From assembly GCA_963708075.1 (NCBI GenBank), contig OY970194.1:1-64000 (forward strand): DNA of 64,000 bases, read 5' to 3'. Positions 52,601-61,866 of the stretch are shown here, one piece after another. Each line of letters begins with the position of its first letter. Position 1 is the stretch's first letter. The stretch is from Sedimentisphaerales bacterium. Its GTDB lineage: Bacteria > Planctomycetota > Phycisphaerae > Sedimentisphaerales > Anaerobacaceae. The notes under the pieces were generated by a model. It ran no database searches. It had not been told where the DNA came from and worked only from the letters and a program-made list of their open reading frames with translations. Both the position numbers and the translations under genes were made by a program.

Positions 52601-53123
52601 CAGAAGAGATGCTTCGCGAGTATGCAAGAAGGTATGATAGAGACTATCCTGAACAGGATCGGGACATTGAGGTGGAAATGAAACGACTGCTCAGGAGACA
52701 GCGATATCTCAAGCGTGACAGCCTCATCAAGATTGGGAGGTGGAAGTCTCGCCGGCCGACACATCATTACGAGAGCCCGAGGAACGATGAGATGACAGTC
52801 CGGGATGTCACGGAGTTTTCCTTTTCGACGAGGAGCGAACGTGCTAGGATAGAATCTTTGCTTGTGCTAAAAGGCGTACATTGGCGCGTAGCCTCGGCAA
52901 TCCTGCACTTTGCCTTTCCCAACAAGTACCCCATAATGGACGTTAGAGTAGTGGGGTCGTTGGTGCACTTCGGGATCATGGAGGATGGGTGCGCCGATTG
53001 ATAGACACGTTCGATTTCTGGGAGCGGTACTGTGCGACGATACGAGGGATTGCGGCCAGGTATGAGCTATCGATCAGAATGGTTGAAAAAGCTCTCTGGA
53101 AATATGACAAAGACAACTTGTAG
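52597..53123 (+). CDS. Hypothetical HhH-glycosylase-like protein (one frameshift near 52988)
   Basis: WKS.R, LKGV...VASAILH, YPIMDVRV. It continues in the -1 frame as FWERYC...RMVEKALWKYDK with a stop at 53123. Confidence 0.65.
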
Positions 53124-53318
53124 AAGGAAGCGTGTCAGAGGCTCTTGAGTCACAGTATCGGTTGAGTGATCTGTCGAGACTCAAGGCAAGGAGTGGTATC
53201 GTATCGGTTCGCCCGGACGAATCGTGAATCGCTGAACGGCGGCATCGCCTATTGCCTTTTCCATCTGGTCGTGCGTATACTGGAGAACAGTGGATCACGA
53301 GTGGGCAGGCGTGCGCGT

Positions 53319-53696
53319 ATGGACGTTGACAAACAAATCGAATACTGGACGACAGGTTCTGCGGAAGACCTCGCGGCGGCTGAATCGCTCATAGAGAAGG
53401 GGCACCTGAGGCACGGTCTCTTCTTCGCTCATTTGGCACTGGAGAAGATGCTCAAGGCCCACGTAACGCGGCAGACGAAGAACATGCCGCCACGAATTCA
53501 TGGTTTGGCTCGTCTTGCTGCAATGGCGGGACTGAAACTTGATGACGAGCAGATGAATGTACTTCGCGAGTTTGGGGCCTATCAGATCGAGGGTCGGTAT
53601 CCTGATGCGGAGCAACTTGAGGTCAATACCGACCTTGCTCGTGATGAGTTGTGCAAGGCCAAGGAGATGCTGGCATGGTTGAGCAGACAATTGTAG
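53319..53696 (+). CDS. HEPN domain protein
   Basis: A.EDL..A..L, LF..H...EK.LKA, PRIH.L..L, RYPD. Confidence 0.88.
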   Translation: MDVDKQIEYWTTGSAEDLAAAESLIEKGHLRHGLFFAHLALEKMLKAHVTRQTKNMPPRIHGLARLAAMAGLKLDDEQMNVLREFGAYQIEGRYPDAEQLEVNTDLARDELCKAKEMLAWLSRQL

Positions 53697-54001
53697 CGAG
53701 TGTGCAGCGCTATCTGGCTTCTCTGCCGGCATTGGGCATCCGCGCCAACCGTGCGGTGCTGTTCGGTTCTTTTGCACGTGGCGAGGGCAGCGCAGAGAGT
53801 GATATAGATCTCGTTGTGATTGCGCCTGAATTCGATGGCAGGCGCGATGCCTCGCTTGTGAAAGCCCTTTGGAGAGCAACAATAGCGGACGACCGTATTG
53901 AGCCGATTCCGTGCGGGGAGCGGGAGTGGGAGAGCGGGGACGGACGGCCGATCCTGGAGATTGCGCGGCGGGAGGGCGTGGTGATCGAGGCCGGGCACTG
54001 A
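53675..54001 (+). CDS. Minimal nucleotidyltransferase (MNT)
   Basis: LFGSFARGEGSAESDIDL (GS-x10-DxD); overlaps the HEPN gene. Confidence 0.88.
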   Translation: MVEQTIVASVQRYLASLPALGIRANRAVLFGSFARGEGSAESDIDLVVIAPEFDGRRDASLVKALWRATIADDRIEPIPCGEREWESGDGRPILEIARREGVVIEAGH

Positions 54002-54058
54002 AAAGGCCGGTCGGTTATAGGGGACGGGTTTCGGCTTCCACGGGTTCAGATTCCTCTG

Positions 54059-54087
54059 TTGCAAGAAGCGGGGGACAACCCTATAAT
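54059..54087 (+). promoter_or_regulatory. Sigma70 promoter
   Basis: TTGCAA-N17-TATAAT, 50 nt upstream of the 54137 start. Confidence 0.65.
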
Positions 54088-54136
54088 GACATGTCACGAG
54101 GGCGCGTTCGCCCGTTTTCTTTGAAGGGAGACTACG

Positions 54137-56443
54137 ATGGTTCGATCATACCGGGTTGGTTGTGCGTGTGTCGCTCTGTTGCTTGTTGTGGGCTTTGCGC
54201 GGGTGCCGACCGCTGTGGGCGGGCCGGCTATCGAAGACCTGACGAAGCGACTGCCGGACAATGTCATTGGCCTCGTGGCCACCAGCGGCGGCGATGCTCT
54301 GAAAGAAGACTTTGGAAAGACCGCCCCGGGCAGGATCTGGAACGATCAGGGTGTGCAGAGCTTCTATCGCTCGATCAAGACCGAGCTACTCGGCCAGCTC
54401 AAGCAGAAGGCCGAGGACCCGAATATCTCGCAGAAGGTGGACATGGCGATTCGCTACGCCCGATTGGTTCTGAGCCGGCCGCTTATCCTTGGCGTCTCGC
54501 AGGTGGAGGTGAAGGAGGGACCTCCTGTCTGTGGTTTTGCCATTGTGAACGCGGGGCCTCGCAAGGCGGAATTGACTGCCGCTCTGACCAAACTAGAGGC
54601 GATGGCGGGTGAGGGTGAGATTGTTGATACCCAGGTCGGCTCGCTCAAGATGCGCGGTTCCAAAGAGCAGGGGGATATGCCTCTGTATTGGGGCTGGGTG
54701 GAAGACTATCTGGTGATTGTCGCCAACGATGCACAGGGCACGGTGGCCAGGTACCTGGTCTCGCCGAGAGCGGCAGCGAGTGCCGCGTTCGGCAAGGTGC
54801 CAGGGGGCAATGATGCCCTGGTAGCGTACTGCAACTACACCAAAGCTGGGGCACTGATCAGCACGCTGGTTCAGGAGGAAGGCGGCGCCGAGGAAGCGGG
54901 CATACTTACAGCCGTCACGAAATCACTCGGTTTTAACGGGATCAGGGCGCTGGCGGTGCGAGTCGGTTTTGTCGGGCCCGATGTGGTGGGCGATGCGTTG
55001 GTGGAGATGGCCACGCCGCCCACGGGGGTGTTCGCGATCTACAAGCCGGTGGATCCATCGTGGCTTGCCGCCGTGGATACGCGGGCCGTGGCCGTCACCG
55101 CAGTCAACACCGATATCGCGGGCTTGTACGACATGCTCATCAATACCGTGAAAACGGCTTCTCCCGACGAGGGCTATCCTGAGATCCAGAAAGGCATTGC
55201 GGCCTTCGAGTCCACGGCCAAGGTCCAGATTCGCGACGGTCTTCTGAACTCGCTGGCCGGGCCGGCAGTGTTCTATACGCTTCCCGCCGGCGCGATGCCC
55301 GAGGCGCCGAGGGGAGGATTCGTAGTTGTCGCCAAGCTGAAGGAGGCCCAGCAATTCGAGAAGGCAATGACAGCCCTTGGTGACTTCGCGGGCGCGAAGA
55401 GCCAGGGCATGCTGCAGATCAGCTCGCAGACCCGCGACGATGGGCGGGTCGTGCATGCTTGGACGGTGGCGCCGCTTGCCATGATGAGCATCATGCCGAC
55501 CTGGTCGGTCGCGAACGATCACGTTGTCATCGGCTCCAACAGGGAACTGTGTGACATGGGCGTCAAGCAGCTTGTATCGAAGGGTCCGGACACAAAATCG
55601 CTCTTGGACACCGACGGCTACAAGAAAGCCGCGGCGGGGCTGCCCAAGGGCCTCGTGAGCCTGGTCTACACGGATTCGCGGGTCCAATTGGACCAGACGA
55701 TGATGCAGCTTCAGCAGGTCTGGCCCATGCTGACCATGGCCGCCATGCAGGAGGGCGTCAAGCTGCCCGTCATGCTGCCATCGATAACGGAGATTTCCAA
55801 GGATTTGAGTCCATCCTGCGGCTACTGGTACGTCAGTCCCGAGGGGCTTCGCTGGCATTACCGCGGATCGGGCATCGAACCCAGCCAGATGTCGGTGGGC
55901 GGTGCTGCCCTGGGCGTGGGAATCCTGATGCCGGCGCTGGCGCGGGTCCGGCAATTGTCCTATCGCATGACCTCCGGGACGAATCTCTCAAGCATTGGCA
56001 AGGCATGTCTGATCTATGCCAATGACTACGACGATAAGCTGCCGCCGGACCTGCAAACGCTTGTCGATAAGGCGGAACTGCCCTCAGAGTGTCTGGAGTC
56101 AAAACGTAAGCCGAAAGGCTTCGATGGGCCCAGTTACATCTACATTCCCGGTCAAACCATCGCGATGTACCCCGGCAGCATCGTCGCATATGAAAACCCT
56201 GCCTTTTGTCAGGACGGCATAAATGTCCTGTTCCTGGACTCGCACGTCGAGTTCATGAAGCCGGAGGCCTTCCGGCGCGAGTTGGAGGAAACCTGCAAAA
56301 GACTCGGCAGACCGATGCCCGAGGTCAGATTCAAAGACGAGGTGAAGGTCAAGCCGCCGGCGCCGAAGCCCGTGGAACCGTCACACGTGCAGGGGAGTCA
56401 ACCGACCCCGATGACTGGGGGCGCGACTTCGTGTCTGAGTTGA
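54137..56443 (+). CDS. Secreted DUF3352-like protein with a C-terminal pseudopilin-like (DUF1559/H-X9-DG-type) module
   Basis: Signal peptide; GILMPALARVR...NL..IG.A...YAND....LP; G.NVLFLDSHVEF. Confidence 0.75.
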   Translation: MVRSYRVGCACVALLLVVGFARVPTAVGGPAIEDLTKRLPDNVIGLVATSGGDALKEDFGKTAPGRIWNDQGVQSFYRSIKTELLGQLKQKAEDPNISQKVDMAIRYARLVLSRPLILGVSQVEVKEGPPVCGFAIVNAGPRKAELTAALTKLEAMAGEGEIVDTQVGSLKMRGSKEQGDMPLYWGWVEDYLVIVANDAQGTVARYLVSPRAAASAAFGKVPGGNDALVAYCNYTKAGALISTLVQEEGGAEEAGILTAVTKSLGFNGIRALAVRVGFVGPDVVGDALVEMATPPTGVFAIYKPVDPSWLAAVDTRAVAVTAVNTDIAGLYDMLINTVKTASPDEGYPEIQKGIAAFESTAKVQIRDGLLNSLAGPAVFYTLPAGAMPEAPRGGFVVVAKLKEAQQFEKAMTALGDFAGAKSQGMLQISSQTRDDGRVVHAWTVAPLAMMSIMPTWSVANDHVVIGSNRELCDMGVKQLVSKGPDTKSLLDTDGYKKAAAGLPKGLVSLVYTDSRVQLDQTMMQLQQVWPMLTMAAMQEGVKLPVMLPSITEISKDLSPSCGYWYVSPEGLRWHYRGSGIEPSQMSVGGAALGVGILMPALARVRQLSYRMTSGTNLSSIGKACLIYANDYDDKLPPDLQTLVDKAELPSECLESKRKPKGFDGPSYIYIPGQTIAMYPGSIVAYENPAFCQDGINVLFLDSHVEFMKPEAFRRELEETCKRLGRPMPEVRFKDEVKVKPPAPKPVEPSHVQGSQPTPMTGGATSCLS

Positions 56444-56723
56444 AGCCCAACAGCGGCAAGCTGTTTGTGGTCAGGGGCCTTGGCCGGGATGGAAGACGGG
56501 GCGGATCAGGCTATGATGCGGACGTTCCTCCCACCGACCCACCCATTCGTCCAATGGATTGGCCGACCGAATAGACTGCCTCGATATGATGGCTTCCACA
56601 CAGCGGAGCACCATCGGCAAGCTCCGCAGGCTACGCTTACCGCTGCCACCCGCACAGTCTTGTCGTACACCCCCGTGGGGATGCGGTCGGAATACAGTGG
56701 CGGCGTGCAGCGCGGACCACGCC

Positions 56724-56937
56724 TCTTTCGTCCCTCACGGGACTGGCTTCTATCCTTGGCCCAGGTTCCCCAGCGATAAATCGCTGGGCTATTCTCTATC
56801 GCCCCGCGGGCTTGGACGGCGCCCCAGTCCTCTTGCGTCGGCCCATCCGCCCCACAGGGGCGATCGACAATAGCCCACCGTTTCAACGGTGGGTACCGGT
56901 AGCCCATCACATCCCAAAGCCCCGCAGGGGCGAAAGA
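56724..56937. repeat. Inverted pair of multi-hairpin units (REP/MITE-like)
   Basis: TCTTTCGTCCC..GGGACT and CCCAGCGATAAATCGCTGGGCTATT are mirrored by AATAGCCCACCGTTTCAACGGTGGG and AGCCCCGCAGGGGCGAAAGA. Confidence 0.75.
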
Positions 56938-57026
56938 AGACTGCGGTGCGCTCTTCTGTCGGGCGGAATCCGAACCCGCCACCGAATGCCGGCCGCATCC
57001 CCCGTGGAGGATCGGTCGAAAAGACG

Positions 57027-57055
57027 TTGAAAACTGACAGCGGGTTTGGTATGCT
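57027..57055 (+). promoter_or_regulatory. Sigma70 promoter upstream of rpmH
   Basis: TTGAAA-N17-TATGCT with an extended TG. Confidence 0.6.
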
Positions 57056-57156
57056 CTGGAGCTTTGTCGTGCATAGGGTGCAATAGGTGTTGCGTGGTGC
57101 CGGATGCGTCGTGCATGAGGCGCGACGCGGTGTATGAGAGAAGACGAAAGGAAAGT

Positions 57157-57312
57157 ATGGTAGAGAACTATCGCAATAGCAATCGGAAGAAGAAAAGAAG
57201 CCAGGGATTTCGCAGTCGCAGGCAGACCAAGGGCGGGCGCCAGGTGATAAACCGGCAGCGTGCCCTGAAATCGGGCCACAAGAAGCGTAAGCCGGGGACT
57301 CATAAAGCCTGA
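57157..57312 (+). CDS. rpmH: 50S ribosomal protein L34
   Basis: 51 aa, very basic; SNRKKKRSQGFRSR..TKGGR.VINR.R matches the L34 pattern; AAGGA SD. Confidence 0.85.
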   Translation: MVENYRNSNRKKKRSQGFRSRRQTKGGRQVINRQRALKSGHKKRKPGTHKA

Positions 57313-57360
57313 TCCGCTGTGATAGACCATCATCAAAATCCATTGGAGGAGCGATTGCCC

Positions 57361-58590
57361 ATGCAGCCTTCAAAAAGAGCCCTGGTCATCCTTTCCACTG
57401 TTCTGGCCGGGGTTTCCGCCGTACAAGCAGCGGTTTGGCCGCAGTTCCGGGCGCCCGGCCGCGATGGAACGTCGGCCGAAACGGGGCTGATGAAGCAGTG
57501 GCCGGATGGCGGGCCGGCGGAGCTATGGTCCTGCGGGGGGCTGGGGACGGGGTACTCCTCGGTCGCCGCCGCGGATGGCGTGGTTTACACATGCGGGATG
57601 ATCGAGGGCCAAGGCTATTTATTTGCCGTCGATCCTCAGGGCAAGGTCAAATACAAGGTCAATTATGGCCCGGAATGGGATAAGGCGGGAAACTCCCCGG
57701 GCACCCGTACGACCCCGACAATCGACGGCGACCGCCTGTTCATCATGAGCGGGCAAGGTCGCATCGCCTGCTACAACGCCGCCGACGGCAAGCGGATCTG
57801 GTACGTGGATACCTTGGAGAAGTTCGGCGGCCGGAATATCCGCTGGGGGATCGCCGAATCCGTGCTGATCGACGGCGAGAAGGCTATTTGCACGCCGGGC
57901 GGCAAGGATGCGACGGTGGTCGCCCTCAACAAGACGACCGGCGAGACCCTCTGGACCTCCAAGGGGCTCAGCCAACTTTCCGCTTACTGCTCGCCCATGC
58001 TCGTGGAGCGAGGAGGAAAACGCCTCATTCTCACCCTGGTGGAGAAGGCCTTCACCGGCATCGACGCAAACACGGGGCAGGTGTACTGGACGATTCCTCA
58101 CCAGGTCAGCTATGACATCCAGGCCGTCAGTCCGCTCCACAAGGACGGCATGGTATTCGTCAGCAACGGCTATCGGCATGGCAGCGTCGGCTTTGCTCTC
58201 TCGGCTGACGGGACGCGTGCGGAACAGAAGTGGACGGAGAAGTCCCTGGACATCCATCACGGCGGGGCGGTTCTCGTGGATGGGAAAGTTCATGGGTCCA
58301 GCACGAAGGGGGAGTGGATCTGCCTCGATCTGGCGACCGGCAAAGTGGCGTTCTCAGACAAGCTCGTCGGCAAGGGCTCGGTGATCTACGTGGATGGGAT
58401 GCTCTACGGCTACGGCGAGAACGGCAAGGTCGGGCTGATCAAGATCAAGCCGGACGGCTATGAGCTGGCCGGCTCGTTCCAGATCAAAAAGGGAGGCGGC
58501 GAGCACTGGGCCCATCCCGCGATCAGCGACGGACGCCTCTACATCCGCCACGGTGATGTCCTGATGTGTTACGACATCGAGGCCAAGTAG
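57361..58590 (+). CDS. Secreted PQQ-binding-like beta-propeller protein
   Basis: Signal peptide; WPQFR..GRDG.S.ETGL...WP; W-containing blades; WAHP.I..GRLYIR. Confidence 0.88.
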   Translation: MQPSKRALVILSTVLAGVSAVQAAVWPQFRAPGRDGTSAETGLMKQWPDGGPAELWSCGGLGTGYSSVAAADGVVYTCGMIEGQGYLFAVDPQGKVKYKVNYGPEWDKAGNSPGTRTTPTIDGDRLFIMSGQGRIACYNAADGKRIWYVDTLEKFGGRNIRWGIAESVLIDGEKAICTPGGKDATVVALNKTTGETLWTSKGLSQLSAYCSPMLVERGGKRLILTLVEKAFTGIDANTGQVYWTIPHQVSYDIQAVSPLHKDGMVFVSNGYRHGSVGFALSADGTRAEQKWTEKSLDIHHGGAVLVDGKVHGSSTKGEWICLDLATGKVAFSDKLVGKGSVIYVDGMLYGYGENGKVGLIKIKPDGYELAGSFQIKKGGGEHWAHPAISDGRLYIRHGDVLMCYDIEAK

Positions 58591-58607
58591 GCCACACGAT
58601 GCCGTAA

Positions 58608-60876
58608 TCAACTTTTCCTCTCGCCGGCCGTCGTCTGCGTTTGCAGAAGGGCGACGATATCGCTGATGCGGCTTTGCGCGAGCACAGATCGGGCGAGGGA
58701 TTGCGCGTAGCCCAGCGATGTTGTCGTGATCACCTGCTGAGTCCGCAGCAGGTAGATCGGGTCCACGCTGAAAGCCCGCACGCCAATGCCGAGCAGGAAG
58801 GGGATATACTCCGGCTGATGGGCCATATCGCCACAGATGGAGACCTCTCGGCCGTGCTCGACAACACCATGTACGATTCTGTTCAGGGCGCGGAGCACGG
58901 CAGGATGGTGCGGCAGGTAGAAATCCGCCACGCTCTCATTGGTCCGGTCCACGCCCAGCATGAACTGAATGAAATCGTTTGTGCCAATCGAGAAGAACTC
59001 CACCTCACGCGCAAAGTCACTGATGAGATCAATCACGGATGGCAGCTCCACCATCATCCCGAGCCTCGGCTTCTCGTGATGCTCGATGCCCTGTTTTTCG
59101 AGTTGTTCGATGGCCTCAGAAACGGCCTCACGGGCCTGCTGGAACTCGTCCACGGATGAGATCATCGGGAACATGATGCGCAGGTCGGCGCCGACGCCGG
59201 CTCGCAGAATGGCCCGGAGCTGCTCAAGGAAGATCGTCTTATTGCGGAGCGAGAAGCGGATGGATCGCATGCCCAGCGCCGGGTTCTGTTCCTGGATGTC
59301 GTGATAGTAGGACAGGATCTTGTCGCCGCCGGCGTCAAGCGTGCGGAAGGTCACGGGCTTGTCCTGCATGGCCTCGACGAGCTTGCGATAAATGATGTAC
59401 TGCTCCGCTTCCGTGGGGAACGTCGTTCGGATGAGGAACGGGAATTCGGTGCGGTAGAGGCCCACGCCGTCGCAGTTGAGCTCGCAGGCCACTCTCAGAT
59501 CGGACAGCAAGTTGATGTTGGCCATAAGCTGCACGCGGTAGCCATCGGTGGTCGCCGAGAAGGGCTTCATCATGCGTTTCTGCTCGTCCAACGTCAAGCG
59601 GGCCCTCTGCTGGGCCCCGAATCGCTCCAGGATGCTGTCGTCCGGGTCGATGAAGACGTTGCCCACCTCCGCATCGACCAGGACCGGCGTACCGTCGGGC
59701 AGGTCGAGCAGCTCATGGGTGTTCACAATGACCATGGGTACATCGAGCGAGCGGGCCAGGATCGAGATGTGCGCGGTGACGCCGCCGCCGACGAGGACGA
59801 TCGCTTTGGCGCCTTCGGAGGAGAGCTTGAGCAGGTCGGAAGGGAACAGCCCCTGGGTGATAATGATATGGTCCTTATAGACGCTCACCTCCTCGCCCTC
59901 CCTGACGAGATTGTTGATGAGCCGCACGGCCAGGTCCTCGATGTCGTTGATCTTCTCCCGCATGTACGCGTTGTTGCTGGCGAGGAAGCCTCTCATGTAG
60001 TCTGCTGCCACGCCGGCGACCGCCGCCGGAGCATTCACGCCGCTTTCGATCCGCTCCGTAATTTTACCAATGAACTCCTTGTCTTTGAGGATCATCAGAT
60101 GGGCGGCAAAAATCAGCGAGGCGGCGTCGGAGAGCTTGTGCTCCACCTGCTCCTGCAGCTCTTCAAGCTGGCTCTCTGTGGCGGCCACGGCATGGCGGAA
60201 ATCCTCCAGCGTGCAGGTCTTGCCAGTGTCATGGTGCAGGAAGAGCGTCAGGGTGTTCTCCCTGGCGAGGATCATGCTCGGGGCGTAGGCGAACCCCTCG
60301 GAGGCTGCTTTGCCTTTGATGAACCGGAGCTCGTCCGGCACGCTTTTGACGATTTCCCGATGCGGCTCGTGCATGCCGAGGAGAAACTGAGCATTCTCGA
60401 TGATGTTGGCCAACTGGGAAGCGACCGTCTCGAGGGCGGTGATGTCCTCGGCGCAGAAGCTCTGCCCGGTACTGCGCTGGAGGACGAGGACGCCCAACCT
60501 GGAGACGCCCCGCGTGATGGGCACGGCCAGAAAGGCGTCGTAGCGCTCTTCAAAGATCCCTGGAAAATACTTGTAGTTGGGGTTGTGGCTGGCATCGGTT
60601 CCGCAGACCGGGCGCATCTCCTTCAGTGCCAGCCCGGTAAGCCCCTGGCCCAGTTTCAGCCGTACCCGGCCGACAGATTCCGGGTTCAGGCCCTTGGTGG
60701 CCCGGAGAACCAGTTCCTGCTCCTGCGGGTCGTAGAGGTAAATCGAGCAGACGGCCGACCCCGTGCGCTGGGCCACCATCTCGACCGCCTTGTCCAGAAG
60801 GGTTCTCAATGCTGGCGCTATCCCGGAAGAGATGGTTCAACTCACTGATATCGTATTGCAGTTGCTCACTATCCAC
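58608..60876 (-). CDS. ptsP: GAF-containing PEP-protein phosphotransferase, EI(Ntr)-type (one +1 frameshift near 60804)
   Basis: N-terminal GAF domain; TAHISILAR, GLYRTE, RTLDAGGDK, NPALG.R, SIGTND, ICGDMA. The N-terminus lies in the frame of ORF 60550-60909; start uncertain. Confidence 0.9.
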
Positions 60877-61056
60877 GAATTCACCGCCGTTCTTACGGAA
60901 TCCATGCAATCACACCACACCATCTACCAATGTCTACTCGGTGCCGGCAGGGTCTGTTCATGACGGAGCATGGCAGTGACTGTCGCCGTCTGGCATTCCT
61001 GCCGACCCGATGCAGACAGAGTAAGAAGAGGCCGCATTCGGTGCAAGGACAATCAC

Positions 61057-61550
61057 TCAATTCGCATCGGGTCGCTGCTCTCGCTCCACAATGAACGTGA
61101 TATCGTAGTCCGGCTCCGGCCGGCCTCCCGGGCTCCGGGCTCGTTCCTGACCGTTGTTATCTCTCAGGTCTCTGCCGATGCTGTAGACGACGTAGCCTTT
61201 CTTAAGTCTTCTGTATCGAATCGCCTGGCCGTCGAATGGGTCCTGCGGCACCTGCACCAGGTATCTCGGCACGAGATCCGTGAGTTGGGTGGGCAGTCCG
61301 CGGTTCGTATCCGGCAAGCCAGCCAGAATGTGCCCGTCTTGTCCCGGGCTACGGAGGGGGCCCCGGCCCACCATTCCGGCTTGTCCCGATCAGGTTCCAG
61401 GATGACCTCGCACTCGCGGAATCCGGCTGGAATGCGGCCAAAATCGCCTTCCAAGCTCCGTGGGGCACCTTGGATGCCCCAGCCGTAAGTGCTGCACAGA
61501 GAGCAACATACGAGCAACAGCACGAGGGTGGCAGTGCAATTTGGGTGCAT
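61057..61550 (-). pseudogene. Out-of-frame chimera of two gene fragments
   Basis: 5' part: signal peptide plus WWAGAPSV...FWLACR.RT. 3' part in another frame: LP..L..LVP.YL...P.DPF.G...Y......YSIG....D.NG. Confidence 0.6.
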
Positions 61551-61866
61551 GTCCACGTTATCTCTCCTCAACAGACCGAAATACGTGATTGCGGCCAGGG
61601 AGGATTATACCGCACATTGGCCGTCTGTGAACCGGCAGGTGCCTGAAGCGGGGCAGATCAGTGTCAGGGATCAGTGACTTCCTCCGGCCGGTGCAATAGA
61701 ATAGGCCGCCAATGCGTCCATCTATTGCATCCACGGGACGATGGCGGGAGAGCGGAAATGTTATGGCTTTTTCTCCGGAAGGTGGGACAATAAAGGAGTG
61801 TGTGGAGAGCGGGTGTGGCCGCTCCAGGATAGGGGTAAAGCGTCGTTTTTCTTGAGAGGGTTGTCT

